64,000 nucleotides of DNA from Planctomycetota bacterium (GCA_036479435.1 JAZGFI010000017.1:38607-102606); one strand, 5' to 3'. Positions 42,743 to 53,217 are shown, numbered from the stretch's first letter. Made by a program: numbers and translations. Notes: a model not told the origin generated them from the letters alone.

Positions 42743-45544
42743 CTATCCGGCAAGCGAAGATGGCGCGGTGGCCTTCGTGCGAGCCGGGGGCACGACGATC
42801 AAACCGATGGCATAAGCCACCGCCGCCGCCAGCAGAGTGCGATTGAATCCGATCTCTTGGCTCAGAGCGATGGCAGCGATGGAGGCGAGGACGGAAGCAA
42901 AACCGTTCACCGCCCAAGCCCAAGGGACGAGACGCGGTTCGTTGGCATTGACGATGTCTAATCCCCAGGGGAAGGCTGTGCCCAAGGCGAGCCCCAAAGG
43001 TCCGATGGCCAGCATCGTCAAGGCGATGCGGAAGGCCATGTGACTTCCCAGCAGCAAGGGTCCCAAGAACTCAATGGTGACCATGGCGATCAAGACCCCA
43101 ACCCAGATTGCTGCGAGCAGCGCCCAGAGTCGTGGACGCGTGGGGGCTCCAAAACGCTGTGACCACCACGACCCAAGGCCGGCGAATCCGAGGATTGCGG
43201 GCAGAACGATGGCCATGGCGTAGGTCGGGTGGCCCAACATCACCAAAAGCTTTTGCATCAAGACGATCTCAATCGTCATGAAGCCCAGGCCGAGCGCGCC
43301 GAAGTAGACGAGATATCGCCAGGCACCGCGAACTCGGGGTGAGTCCTGCCGGCCCAAAGCGCGCAGTGGCATGATGATCAAAATGATGGCGAAGATGGCG
43401 ATCTGCAAAAAACTCGCCAGCAGGACCATGTGGCCGACGGGGAAGTCCGGGTGGTAGCGTTGCCGAGTATTGGCCGGCCCGCCGAAATCTCCAGCCTTGT
43501 CGAGCAAGGAATTCCAACGGTAGTAGTTGAAGAAGAAGGGTGAATCGTCGGTGCAAGCCGAGATGTCGTACTCGTAGTCGCGGATAAACTCCCGCCGCCG
43601 CTTGTCGTCGCGCCCCAAGACGGCAGCGAAGGCCTTGCGAGTTTCGGCAAAACTTTTTGCTTCTTGGCGGCCGCGCTCGACAACCTGCGCGAGTTCGTCT
43701 TTCAAAGTGGCGTAGGCCTTGTTGCGCAGAAGCCGCGGAAAGCGCTGAGATGTCTTCCTCAGTAGCTCTTCGCCGCGATCCGTGTCCCCTTTGAAATTTG
43801 CCACGAAGGCGGCCGCTAGATCATCGGCTGCAGCCTGACTGTCGATGCGACGAGTCATAAGCGAGGTCAGTCGCGCCAACCAAGAGCGGAAGTAGTGCGT
43901 GACGGGCATGGGAGAGGGGGCGGGTACTGCGAGCTCGGCCATCTTGTCCGCGGTGGTGGGATCGTAGATGATGCCTTTGAAGCCCTCGTACCAAGCGAGC
44001 GTTTCGAGGGATTTGATTTCGGCCGCAGTGAAGGGGCCTTTTTTGATCAGAGTGCTCGCCCAATCGATGCCCTGAAACACGACGATCTGAGACGAGGGAT
44101 CTGAAACTTCAAGTTCGACCAAAGCTTGACGCGCTATATTCGCGAGCCGCAACGTTTCGCGTGGTTTCTGCGAGCCGCTGAGAATGAAGCGCGAGTAGCT
44201 GACGAATCCGTTATCGGCTAGTCGAGCGTAGAGCGCGCGGACGGCATCCGTGGTGTAAAGATAGCTTTCGGACAGTGTGTACGCGCCCGTCGTCAAGGCA
44301 GTGAAGGAGTCGACTCCATTCAACTGAATAATGTCGTAACTTTCGTCGCTGTGTTCGAGGAAAGACCGGCCTTCCGCGTGGATGAGCTTGACGCGGCCGG
44401 CATGGGGCCCATCTTTTTCGTCAAAAAGTCCGCCGAGGTAGTCGTTGTATTCGTCTTTGACCATGCGAACCATGGCCTTGTTGACCTCGATCGCGGTGAT
44501 CTCTTTTGCCTTAAATGCCAGTCCCACCATGACGTCAATGCCGCCGCCATTGCCGATCACTAAAACCTTCGGCTCTCTGCGCCCAGAAGCGAGAAATGAC
44601 AGGTACGAACAACCGGTTTGGGAGTCATCCAAAAAGCTAAAAGAGTCAATATCGGCTGCGTTTTCATACAGCATGGTCGGTGCCGTTCCGTCTTGAGCGA
44701 CGAGGCGACCGTTGACCAGCCGTTTTTCAACTAAGCCAAAATCGCCGCCGATGACCGGCGCTTGGCGACCGGCGGTTCGAACTGAGATTTCGGCGGTAGC
44801 GCTCGGCAGATGCCGGTCTAGCGGCATGTCGTTCGTAAATTCCTTGCCGGGCGCGAATGGGACTCTCCAGCTGATCTCTGGGATCCCGATGCGTTCGCTG
44901 CCTCCGCTGAAGCCGATAGTGATGAACAAGAATGCGAGGAGCAGAGGCACCAAGCCCATCAAGACCCGCGCGGAAGCGGTGATCGCGAAGAAGACGGCGG
45001 CAAAAGCACCAAGCGTGGCGGCATAGACGATGGTCGTTGCACTGCCGAACTCGGCCAAGAGGGCGACGCTGAGAGCGGCGCCAAGGGCGGAGCCAATGAG
45101 ATCCGCAAAGTACATGCGATGGACCTTCTCTGGCCAGCGCATGAGGGCCAAGCCGATCGCCAGCCCGCCAAAAAACAAGGGCGTTGCCACCACCCCGTAA
45201 AGCAGCAAGAGCGCGGCGAGATTGCCCTTGTCTGTCCAGAGCTTAAGACTGTCGAGTCGGATGACGGTCGACATCGCGAAGGCGAGCAACACCGCGACGG
45301 CATACAAGGCGGAGTAGAACGCGAGCGGTCGCTGGGAGTCTTGCTCTAGCAGTCTCCGGCGGCGCAAGGTAAGAACGCTACCGGCGGCTCCGAATCCCAG
45401 CATGGCGATGGACACCACCATGTAGGTGAGGTGGTGCCACATCATGATCGCGAAAACGCGGGTTAGGGCGATTTCAAAGAGAATGATCGAAGCGGCGAGG
45501 AGAAAGACGCCGGCATAAGTCGTGGGTGTCGGTTGTCGCGCCAT
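42743..45544 (-). CDS. Membrane protein with central spermidine-synthase-like SAM-binding domain
   Basis: N-terminal TM block (EIALTR, YFADLIGSALG); VLVIGNGGGIDV, AIEVN, EGRSF, SESYLYT, TDDSPFF; C-terminal TM block (WAWAVNG). Confidence 0.8.
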   Translation of the reverse strand: MARQPTPTTYAGVFLLAASIILFEIALTRVFAIMMWHHLTYMVVSIAMLGFGAAGSVLTLRRRRLLEQDSQRPLAFYSALYAVAVLLAFAMSTVIRLDSLKLWTDKGNLAALLLLYGVVATPLFFGGLAIGLALMRWPEKVHRMYFADLIGSALGAALSVALLAEFGSATTIVYAATLGAFAAVFFAITASARVLMGLVPLLLAFLFITIGFSGGSERIGIPEISWRVPFAPGKEFTNDMPLDRHLPSATAEISVRTAGRQAPVIGGDFGLVEKRLVNGRLVAQDGTAPTMLYENAADIDSFSFLDDSQTGCSYLSFLASGRREPKVLVIGNGGGIDVMVGLAFKAKEITAIEVNKAMVRMVKDEYNDYLGGLFDEKDGPHAGRVKLIHAEGRSFLEHSDESYDIIQLNGVDSFTALTTGAYTLSESYLYTTDAVRALYARLADNGFVSYSRFILSGSQKPRETLRLANIARQALVELEVSDPSSQIVVFQGIDWASTLIKKGPFTAAEIKSLETLAWYEGFKGIIYDPTTADKMAELAVPAPSPMPVTHYFRSWLARLTSLMTRRIDSQAAADDLAAAFVANFKGDTDRGEELLRKTSQRFPRLLRNKAYATLKDELAQVVERGRQEAKSFAETRKAFAAVLGRDDKRRREFIRDYEYDISACTDDSPFFFNYYRWNSLLDKAGDFGGPANTRQRYHPDFPVGHMVLLASFLQIAIFAIILIIMPLRALGRQDSPRVRGAWRYLVYFGALGLGFMTIEIVLMQKLLVMLGHPTYAMAIVLPAILGFAGLGSWWSQRFGAPTRPRLWALLAAIWVGVLIAMVTIEFLGPLLLGSHMAFRIALTMLAIGPLGLALGTAFPWGLDIVNANEPRLVPWAWAVNGFASVLASIAAIALSQEIGFNRTLLAAAVAYAIGLIVVPPARTKATAPSSLAG

Positions 45545-45631
45545 GGCTGGGGGGTGTCTGCGCTCTTTCGAATTAGGTTATCGTCCGAACTCGGACCGCG
45601 ACAGCTTATCAGTTCCAGGGCCACAGGAAAC

Positions 45632-46117
45632 ATGCCGACCAAGCCTCCGTCCCTAGCTCTTCGCGACTTGGTTCGAAATCATCAATTGGCCGTCAACTGG
45701 ATCGAACGCCACCCAGACTCGCTCTCCCAAGGCGCTCCCCTGGGGACTTGGACCGCCGCCGAGCATCTTTTGCACCTTGCGCTTTGGATGGAGCACATCG
45801 CAGATGTGCTCGACCAAAGCCCTCCGCCGGCCGCGTCAGCGCACCCCAACCGCTCTTTCCATTTCCGTTGGATCCTTCTGACTTTTCGATTTCCGTCAAA
45901 ACTGAGCTGCCCTGACTTCTTGATCCCGCAAGTCATGCTGACCGCGGGCGAGTTGGTCTCGCGCTTCGATAGCGGCCGCGACCGGATCGCGAGGTCGTTG
46001 CGAGCCGGTGGCCATGAGCGAGTCCTTGCGGTGCCGCACTTTGGAGACCTAAGCCTCGAAGACACCATGCGAGTTTCGCTCATTCACTCTCGGCATCATT
46101 TGTCGAATCTTGACTAA
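45632..46117 (+). CDS. DinB-family protein
   Basis: WTAAEHLLHL and C-terminal HSRHH; AGGA RBS. Confidence 0.7.
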   Translation: MPTKPPSLALRDLVRNHQLAVNWIERHPDSLSQGAPLGTWTAAEHLLHLALWMEHIADVLDQSPPPAASAHPNRSFHFRWILLTFRFPSKLSCPDFLIPQVMLTAGELVSRFDSGRDRIARSLRAGGHERVLAVPHFGDLSLEDTMRVSLIHSRHHLSNLD

Positions 46118-46255
46118 AAGCGGCCACTACCCGCTGGCTTCAGCTTGTTGCTTGACCTCAGAGGAAAAGCGGACGAGAATGAGTGGTGGCAGTCCGGTCT
46201 CATGCCTCGGGTGAATCGAGGACGAAGGACAAAAGACAGAATTGAGGAGAAGCCC

Positions 46256-46660
46256 ATGAGTCATCCCACGCGAGTTCTCATCGTTGAGGAAAATGACTTT
46301 CACCGCGCCTTGATGACGGATGTTGTTGAATGCAACGACATGAAAGCAGTCGCCCTCCCGAACGACAACTGGATCGAGCGGATCGAGCAACTGTTCGAAG
46401 GCGGGGACTCCGTTTGCGATATCGTTGTCGTAGATCTTGACTTGCCGGAGGATCGCGGACTGAAGGTGGCGGAGCGACTAGCGGACCTTCCCGATGAAGT
46501 TCGGCCGCGAATCGTAGGTCTGCAAAATGCAGCGGGGGTGCTTCCGCGCCGTCGGGACGGCAGAGAACTCGATCTTGAGGACCTTTTATGCCGACCTCTC
46601 GATCTCGGAGGATTTGCGCGCTCAGTAAACAAGCAGGCCCTCAGCATTCGGTTGACCTGA
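46256..46660 (+). CDS. Single-domain response regulator, atypical receiver
   Basis: GAGGAG RBS; RVLIVEE, DIVVVDLDLP..G; conserved KP replaced by RP. Confidence 0.7.
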   Translation: MSHPTRVLIVEENDFHRALMTDVVECNDMKAVALPNDNWIERIEQLFEGGDSVCDIVVVDLDLPEDRGLKVAERLADLPDEVRPRIVGLQNAAGVLPRRRDGRELDLEDLLCRPLDLGGFARSVNKQALSIRLT

Positions 46661-46661
46661 T

Positions 46662-47411
46662 ATGAAGACAGAAAAAGAGCCCGAACGTGTGGATTCGAAA
46701 CTGACAAATGCGAGTTCGAAAATTGCGGTCGATAAGGCGGTCGCACTTGCCGCGCATCAATTGAAGACCCCCTTGGCGGCGATCAAGGGTGCCATCGACT
46801 TGTTGGTGAGCGATATTTTGGAGTTCTCAGCGGACCATGCTGACCTCATCAAATTGATTTGCCGTAACACCGACCGCAGCATTCGATTGGTTGAAAACTT
46901 GCTCTTGTTGTCGCGCGCGGAAAAGCGCGAGTTGGAGCTCAGGATCAGCGAGTTCACCCCGGCGGAACTCTTGCGCGAAGTTGTTTTCAACCGTGGCAAC
47001 GCGTCGTTGGCGCGTGGTGTCGATTTCGAAGTCGTCGCTGGCGCTGCGAACTGCGAATTTAGAGGTGACCGTGAACTCACCCTAAGACTGTTGGGCTACC
47101 TGGTAGAGAACGCCGCGCAGTTCGCGACGCCAGGTACGGTCACGACATTGAGCTGGCAAAGCCAGGCCATGGCGATTTGCTTTTCTGTTTCTGACCAAGG
47201 GCCCGGTATCCCCGCGGATGCGGCCAAGCAGATTTTCGAGCCCTTTTATCGCAAGGTGCACCACGGAGACCTCACTGTTGTTGGTGATGGATTGGGGCTC
47301 GCCGTCGCCAAGGCTCTGGCTCAGCTTTTGGGGGGCGAGCTCAGTCGCGTTGACAACGATAGCGGCGGATCGACATTCAGAGTCGATCTACCGGTCTTGT
47401 CGGTCACCTGA
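46662..47411 (+). CDS. Histidine kinase core (HisKA + HATPase_c), no sensor domain
   Basis: AHQLKTPL, LVENA, DQGPGI, IFEPF, GDGLGL. Confidence 0.85.
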   Translation: MKTEKEPERVDSKLTNASSKIAVDKAVALAAHQLKTPLAAIKGAIDLLVSDILEFSADHADLIKLICRNTDRSIRLVENLLLLSRAEKRELELRISEFTPAELLREVVFNRGNASLARGVDFEVVAGAANCEFRGDRELTLRLLGYLVENAAQFATPGTVTTLSWQSQAMAICFSVSDQGPGIPADAAKQIFEPFYRKVHHGDLTVVGDGLGLAVAKALAQLLGGELSRVDNDSGGSTFRVDLPVLSVT

Positions 47412-47459
47412 TATATACCGAAGGCGCGAACACCGCTTCCCGAGATGAAATGAGTTGAG

Positions 47460-47993
47460 ATGAATGGCGCCATGTCCTGTTTACGTCTAACGATGATCGT
47501 CGGCTTGGCTGCGTTTTTGGCGGTCGCCTGCAAATCCAATTCGGGTCAAGGTCAAGGATTGCAAGGACCCGATAAGGTCAATCTGGAGGGGCCGCAACCA
47601 GCGGCGGCCCAGATCCCCGGATGGATGAACGTTCGAACCCTGCAAATCCATCCCGCCACGACGGTGCCGGAAGAAGATGACCTGACCCTCGACGGAATCT
47701 TGGTCGGGTGGATTTTCGAACCTGGCGGCACGCTGAAGGGCAGCCTCAAACAACCGGAGAAGGAGATTGATCTGGAGGACTGTTGGCTTTCGCTTCGAGA
47801 TCGAAAACTGATCTCTAAGTCGTCGGGCGAACTGCCATCCGGGCCCTACCTTCCGGGTCGCTACGATCGAGAGAGTGAGCTTTTTTATCCCAGTCAAACG
47901 CAGGTTTTGCGGCCCGTGCTTCCAGAGCCGTTGATGCTCCCCGCAATCGATGTTTCTGGCACGGTGCCGACGGCCGACGACGAACGGTCTTGA
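47460..47993 (+). CDS. Putative lipoprotein
   Basis: Hydrophobic stretch ending in lipobox-like LAVAC. Confidence 0.55.
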   Translation: MNGAMSCLRLTMIVGLAAFLAVACKSNSGQGQGLQGPDKVNLEGPQPAAAQIPGWMNVRTLQIHPATTVPEEDDLTLDGILVGWIFEPGGTLKGSLKQPEKEIDLEDCWLSLRDRKLISKSSGELPSGPYLPGRYDRESELFYPSQTQVLRPVLPEPLMLPAIDVSGTVPTADDERS

Positions 47994-49093
47994 CCGAGGA
48001 CCATCGTCCCGACATCGGCCGACTTGCGGTTGCATGGTATAGCGACCGAGCGCGTGACCTCCCCTGGCGAAGGACTAAAGATCCCTACGCCGTTTGGGTT
48101 TCGGAGATCATGTTGCAGCAGACGACGGTGGCGACCGTCGCCCCTAGATTCGCCGCGTTCTTATTGCGGTTTCCAAACTTAGTGACGATGGCTCAAGCTT
48201 CCGAGGAGGAGCTTCTAGAAGAAGTGGTAGGCCTCGGCTATTACCGGCGCTTTCGGGCCATGAAGAAAACCGCGGATCTCTTGGTGTCTGAAAGCTTGGA
48301 CTCTTTGCCCACTGACTACCGAGCGCTCAGAGAACTCCCTGGTATCGGCGACTATACCGCGGGCGCCGTCGCCAGCATTGCCTTCAATGAACCCGTTGCG
48401 GCCATCGACGGCAACGCGATCCGTGTTCTGTCGCGCTTACTGGCGCGGGGCGGGCTTCACGTTAGTGCTGCGAGCAAGCGAGCCCTGGCGGTTGACGCGG
48501 TTGCGATGATTCCCTCGGGCCGGGCATCAGAGTTTACGCAGGCCTTGTTTGACTTGGGCGCGACCGTGTGCAGACCGCGTGAGCCCGATTGTGATGCCTG
48601 CCCGGTTCAAACGCACTGCGCGGCCCTTCAACAAGATCGCATTGACGAATTTCCTCAGCTCGCCAAGCGCCGGGAGTCGATCCCTCGCCTGGTCGCGGTG
48701 GCTTGGATTCAGGATGAAAGCCACCGCCGGGTCCTTTTGCAGCGGCGTACCGCGGACGCCAGCCGGATGCCGGGGTTTTGGCAATTGCCTGAGATTTGGC
48801 TGGCGCCTAGCGACGATGCCAAGTCAGCCTTGGCAGAGATGTTGAGTGACCTCGGTACTGATAGCTCGGTGGGGGAGGAACTCGCCCGCGCTCGGCATAG
48901 CATTACGCATCACCGGCTAGATTGCCGTCTTCACGCGGTGACGATCGGCGCTGGCCGCCTGGCCGCGTTGGCCGCTCGAGAAGAGTTCGAGTTTTTCTCC
49001 ATTGACGAACTCCAGGCCGCAGCGGCCCCGCTTTCAACGATAAGTCGCAAGCTCTGGCTCCAGAACATGAAAAGGCAAACCCCCAGCCCCTAA
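47990..49093 (+). CDS. mutY: A/G-specific adenine DNA glycosylase
   Basis: RDLPWR, WVSEIMLQQT, GLGYY, HhH LPGIGDYTA, DGN, C-x6-C-x2-C-x5-C FeS motif, NUDIX-like C-terminus. Confidence 0.93.
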   Translation: MTEDHRPDIGRLAVAWYSDRARDLPWRRTKDPYAVWVSEIMLQQTTVATVAPRFAAFLLRFPNLVTMAQASEEELLEEVVGLGYYRRFRAMKKTADLLVSESLDSLPTDYRALRELPGIGDYTAGAVASIAFNEPVAAIDGNAIRVLSRLLARGGLHVSAASKRALAVDAVAMIPSGRASEFTQALFDLGATVCRPREPDCDACPVQTHCAALQQDRIDEFPQLAKRRESIPRLVAVAWIQDESHRRVLLQRRTADASRMPGFWQLPEIWLAPSDDAKSALAEMLSDLGTDSSVGEELARARHSITHHRLDCRLHAVTIGAGRLAALAAREEFEFFSIDELQAAAAPLSTISRKLWLQNMKRQTPSP

Positions 49094-49716
49094 CGCAGCG
49101 GTCGCCTCAGACCATGCCGGCAACCCAGTTCGTCGAGAACGCTGGCGATGATCTCTTCTAAAGTCCACATTTCCGATGGCGGAGCCCAGTCACATCCGGC
49201 ATTCCAGGTGTCTGAGCCCCAGCGGTATAAAAGGGGTTCGACCCGGGAATCGCGATAGGGACAAACCAATGACTCAGACTCGCGATTGGGGCCAACGTAG
49301 CGCGTCATGACCTGCTGGAAGTCAAAGGCACGCACTTGATTCACGATGTCAGCCGGCATGGATTCGGGCAGCGCAATCTCGACGATGCGGGTCATGTCAA
49401 AACGAGTCTGCGTTAAGTTCGCACCGTCGAACCAGGCGCCATAGAGCCGTGCGCCGCGAAGATCAGCCCCGCTGAGGTTGCAAGCTCTGAGGTCGGCACC
49501 CTCGAGATTGGCACCCACAAGGGACCGACCGCCCAAGTCTCGACCCGCGAGTCTGGGGCCGAAGGGTTCTTTCCGACGACTAGGCCCTTTGGCGATTTTC
49601 CCCTCGCTGACGCTTCCGGCCTTTTCGCCAAGATCTCGTCTCAAGGTCCGAATCGATCGATTCGAGCCATAATCTACGCTGCCTGTCGCCATCCTCTGGT
49701 GCCTTTCCAAGCTCAT
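49090..49716 (-). CDS. Pentapeptide-repeat protein
   Basis: LAGRDLGGRSLVGANLEGADLRACNLSGADLRGARL; start uncertain (ORF open to 49782). Confidence 0.65.
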   Translation of the reverse strand: MSLERHQRMATGSVDYGSNRSIRTLRRDLGEKAGSVSEGKIAKGPSRRKEPFGPRLAGRDLGGRSLVGANLEGADLRACNLSGADLRGARLYGAWFDGANLTQTRFDMTRIVEIALPESMPADIVNQVRAFDFQQVMTRYVGPNRESESLVCPYRDSRVEPLLYRWGSDTWNAGCDWAPPSEMWTLEEIIASVLDELGCRHGLRRPLR

Positions 49717-49859
49717 TTTCGCTCGTATTCCCACTGCCTGGGCCGGGCCGGTCGATGCACTGGACTTTACAGTGCAGCCCATCGCTTGGGTAGTACAGAT
49801 GGCAAAAAAAGTGACTTTTGAGTCTGGAGGCTCAGCTGAGGCTCACGAAGAGGGGGAGG

Positions 49860-52367
49860 CTAGTGTCGCCAGGCCGAAAGTGCGGTGCCACCCCACAGAG
49901 CGATGTTCGAGACGATTTTGGATTCCGAGTTCGGGAAATTCCGCATACGCGTCGAGACCGTTCCGAGACCGCGGGGGCCTCGCGCCGCCACTTTGAAGAG
50001 CTGTCGCGACAGGTCCCGGTCGGCGGGCTCGCCAAAAACCTGGTAGGAGCGGGCGAAGCTGGCCGCCAGCGGCCAAAGCGAATGAGTGGAAGTGTGCTCT
50101 TGGGTTTTTTCGGTCACCAGTCGCCATGCCAGGACCCGGTTTCCCTCAGTCTTGAGGCCGCGCTTACGCAAAAAGTTAGCCATGCGCCGCAGTAGGGGAT
50201 GAAACTCCTTGGAGCCGGTCACGAGCGCATGCCGAGCGATGGCGTTGAACAAGATCGCGTGCATCCAAGGCTTGGCGGTGGGGATCTTGTAGCCGCGATT
50301 GAAAATAGCGCCGCGGCCCGCTTCGGCAACTTCGACGGCGCGGATGATACGCGTTGCGTACTCCAGGTCTTGGTGATCGCCAAAGGCCTCAAAAAGGTGC
50401 AAGAGGTTTTCGATGGTCCACCCGGGTATGCGAGCACCCCAGAGCCCGTCCCAATGATCGAGCTTGGTGCGGTAAAGGAACTTGCGCCCGGCGAGAGCGG
50501 CTTCTTTTGCCCCTTCGTCGGCCTCTAGTAACCAGTGCAAGATCGGCCCGCCAAGCCAGGTGTGACTAGGCGTCGGCGGCCCGAAGTTTCCGTGCCAGTG
50601 ACCCTTTTCATAAAACTGGCCCCCGCGGCGGGGGGATTTCGATTGGCGATCGTGATCTTGGTCAATGTCGCGTCGGTGCCGCGCCATCTCACGGCCCGCC
50701 GTAAGAAACCGTGGGTCGCCTCGGCGCAGAAACTGAAACAGAGTCGAAAAGGGAAGGTCATAGTGGTTCGAAGAGAAACCGTCGCCCCAGGGGAAGTCAC
50801 CCCAATTCATCCATCCGTAAAATAGCCTCGTCCCAAAAGTGCCTCCACGTTCGCGAAACGCGGGCAAACCGATGCGCCCCAAACCAGTTTGGAAATCCGC
50901 GGCCGAGTCGTCCACCAACTGAGTCATAAAACGTTCGTAAAAGCGAAGGGCCGGGGGAGAATTGCGGTCAAATGCGATGAGGGCTTGCCCCAACAAGTCG
51001 CGGTGACTCTTGGGCCATGGCGTGGCTAGCACGCCGATCGGCGCCCGAAGCCTCTGGGCGAAGCGCCGGTCAGCGGCGTCGATCGGCCCGCGCAGTCGGC
51101 CCAAGTGGATGCGCATGGTCTTGGCCCGCGCCCCCTCAAAGCGGTAGGCACGCGTGGAGCGCTTGTCGATCGGGCCCTTTTCGGGTGTGCCGTATTGGCC
51201 GCGGAACACCGGTCCGAACCCGCCTTCGGGAAAAAGATCAACCAAGATCGTCCCGGGCCGACAGCTCAGCGCTTTGGGCGCGTTCTCCCAAAATCGCTCG
51301 ACTCCAAAAGCGAAGATCTCGGATTCAGTGCGAAGGACGGCGGTTCCCGGCGCCCGTTGACCTCGTGCGATTAACTCTGAACCCTGCCAAAACTCGAATG
51401 GCAGCGATTCCCGCGGCTTCTTTTTCGAGTCGATGACGTGGTGCTGCAACAAGGTCTGAGTTTTCGGGTCACTCACCATGGCATCAACGCCGTCTAAGGC
51501 GCCAAAAGCCTGGCCGCCCAAAAAGCCTCCGGCGTACTTTTTGGGGCCGGGCAACTCGAATGCCAGGCGCCTGAAATAGCGATGAGCAGACTTGGCGTCG
51601 CGGTGGCCATAGGGGCCGGGGTTGAGCAAGCGACAATCGATCACGATCTCGTCCGCGCCGGGCGCGAAATGAAACCGAGCCTCGAACTGCAAGCCTTCTA
51701 CTTCGGTGGACGCCAAGACGGTAAGTGCTCCCCCGGCCGCGACGGATTCGTAGGTCAGGTGCCAGGGCTTGGGGCTCAGGTATTTGTTTTGCTCATCGGC
51801 GAAATGTAGTCGTCCGGAAGGAGCTAAAGACTCAAAGCAGTCCCTTACGGTCAGTTGTTCAATGAGGTTTTGCTGCCCGCTTAGGAACTTGACATCGAAC
51901 CGCGAAGTCTTGACCCGGATGTCGCCTCGGGGGTCTACTTCAAAACTGAGCGCGGGCCGTGGAGCTGTTTTCGGCTCAGCCGGCAAATACTCGTGAAGTA
52001 AAGTCATCTTGGGTCCCGCCGAGGCCGCTGGCGTCGGCGTGATGACTCCGAGCCAAGTGATGGCGATGGCTCGTCTTGGATCGGGATCGTCGGCCGGAGC
52101 TTGGTTTCTCGACATCACGAAAAACGTAGCTGGCAAACGATGTCCCTGGCCGTCTCGAAGGGAAAGGCCATCTACGGACATGAGCGCCGCGCTCGGCGGA
52201 ATGGGTACGCCAAAGCGCAGCCACTCGCCGCTCGACCACGATCTTTCCGACCTCATTTCGAGATTGCTGACGACGCTGGGGGCGGCGGTCTTCGGAGTGG
52301 ATTGGGCCCAAGTAGTGTGTTGGCCCATGACTAACAACAACAAAAACAAGGCAGCGAAACGCATCAT
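49860..52367 (-). CDS. Large exported protein, possibly RG-lyase/YetA-like alpha-alpha toroid
   Basis: Signal TWAQ; FGVPIP N-terminal; FWENAPKAL; GWMNWGD...NHYD...RHRRDID. Confidence 0.5.
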   Translation of the reverse strand: MMRFAALFLLLLVMGQHTTWAQSTPKTAAPSVVSNLEMRSERSWSSGEWLRFGVPIPPSAALMSVDGLSLRDGQGHRLPATFFVMSRNQAPADDPDPRRAIAITWLGVITPTPAASAGPKMTLLHEYLPAEPKTAPRPALSFEVDPRGDIRVKTSRFDVKFLSGQQNLIEQLTVRDCFESLAPSGRLHFADEQNKYLSPKPWHLTYESVAAGGALTVLASTEVEGLQFEARFHFAPGADEIVIDCRLLNPGPYGHRDAKSAHRYFRRLAFELPGPKKYAGGFLGGQAFGALDGVDAMVSDPKTQTLLQHHVIDSKKKPRESLPFEFWQGSELIARGQRAPGTAVLRTESEIFAFGVERFWENAPKALSCRPGTILVDLFPEGGFGPVFRGQYGTPEKGPIDKRSTRAYRFEGARAKTMRIHLGRLRGPIDAADRRFAQRLRAPIGVLATPWPKSHRDLLGQALIAFDRNSPPALRFYERFMTQLVDDSAADFQTGLGRIGLPAFRERGGTFGTRLFYGWMNWGDFPWGDGFSSNHYDLPFSTLFQFLRRGDPRFLTAGREMARHRRDIDQDHDRQSKSPRRGGQFYEKGHWHGNFGPPTPSHTWLGGPILHWLLEADEGAKEAALAGRKFLYRTKLDHWDGLWGARIPGWTIENLLHLFEAFGDHQDLEYATRIIRAVEVAEAGRGAIFNRGYKIPTAKPWMHAILFNAIARHALVTGSKEFHPLLRRMANFLRKRGLKTEGNRVLAWRLVTEKTQEHTSTHSLWPLAASFARSYQVFGEPADRDLSRQLFKVAARGPRGLGTVSTRMRNFPNSESKIVSNIALWGGTALSAWRH

Positions 52368-52409
52368 GGTGAGAATCCTAACAGCCTGGGACCTTGGTAG
52401 ACTTTGCCC

Positions 52410-52916
52410 ATGAGCGACGATATCGAAGAATGGGCGGCCCCCCCTTGGGCCCAAAATCACGATCGTTTCATGCGGCAGGCCCTAAAGGAGGCGGAAGCCG
52501 CTCTGGAGGCGGGTGACGTCCCGGTTGGCGCGGTCATCGTCAAAGATGGGCGCGTTATCGGTCGTGGCCACAATCAACGTGAAGTCCTCTGTGATCCCAC
52601 CGCCCACGCCGAGATGATCGCTATCACCCAGGCGGCTGCGGCTCTGGAATCATGGCGTTTGACCGGGGCCACGCTCTACGTCACCCTCGAACCCTGCTCG
52701 ATGTGTGCCGGGGCTTTGGTCTTAGGGAGGGTCAAACAGGTCGTTTTCGGGGCGGCTGATCCCAAAGCGGGAGCTTGCGGCTCCGTCCTCAACATCGTGC
52801 AGTCAAGGGCCCTCAATCACCGCTTGGACATCATCCCCGGCGTCCTTGTCGACGAATGCGCGGGGATCCTCAAGGACTTTTTTCGCCAGAAACGATCGCC
52901 CGATACAGGCCGTTGA
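52410..52916 (+). CDS. tadA: tRNA adenosine(34) deaminase
   Basis: VPVGAV, DPTAHAE, TLEPCSMCAGA, DPKAGA, LNH, FF. Confidence 0.93.
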   Translation: MSDDIEEWAAPPWAQNHDRFMRQALKEAEAALEAGDVPVGAVIVKDGRVIGRGHNQREVLCDPTAHAEMIAITQAAAALESWRLTGATLYVTLEPCSMCAGALVLGRVKQVVFGAADPKAGACGSVLNIVQSRALNHRLDIIPGVLVDECAGILKDFFRQKRSPDTGR

Positions 52917-52984
52917 ATAGGCCACATCGCCCGCATAAGATCCCCGCGGACCGCTCGGGTGGCGCATGCGCCGCTTGGAGGCCA

Positions 52985-53071
52985 GGAGGGATGCCGGAGT
53001 GGTCGAACGGGCTGGTTTCGAAAACCAGTGTACTCGCAAGGGTACCCAGGGTTCGAATCCCTGTCCCTCCG
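52985..53071 (+). tRNA. tRNA-Ser (CGA); CCA not encoded
   Basis: GGAGGGA acceptor; CTGGT-TTCGAAA-ACCAG; long variable arm; GGTTCGAATCC. Confidence 0.93.
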
Positions 53072-53123
53072 CTGCAAACGCTCGCTCAGCTACTGACCAG
53101 CTGATTGAGCTGAGGTCTCAAAA

Positions 53124-53213
53124 GGAGAGGTGGCAGAGTGGTCGAATGCGCACGCTTGGAAAGCGTGTGATCGTGAAAGCGATCCCAGGGTTCGAATCCC
53201 TGTCTCTCCGCCA
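53124..53213 (+). tRNA. tRNA-Ser (GGA)
   Basis: GGAGAGG acceptor; CACGC-TTGGAAA-GCGTG; long variable arm; ends GCCA. Confidence 0.95.
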
Positions 53214-53217
53214 AATA

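Noticed and set aside
53045..53204. Identical 21-mer CCCAGGGTTCGAATCCCTGTC as a possible att site
   Set aside because: Both copies are T-arms of complete tRNA-Ser genes; no integrase nearby.
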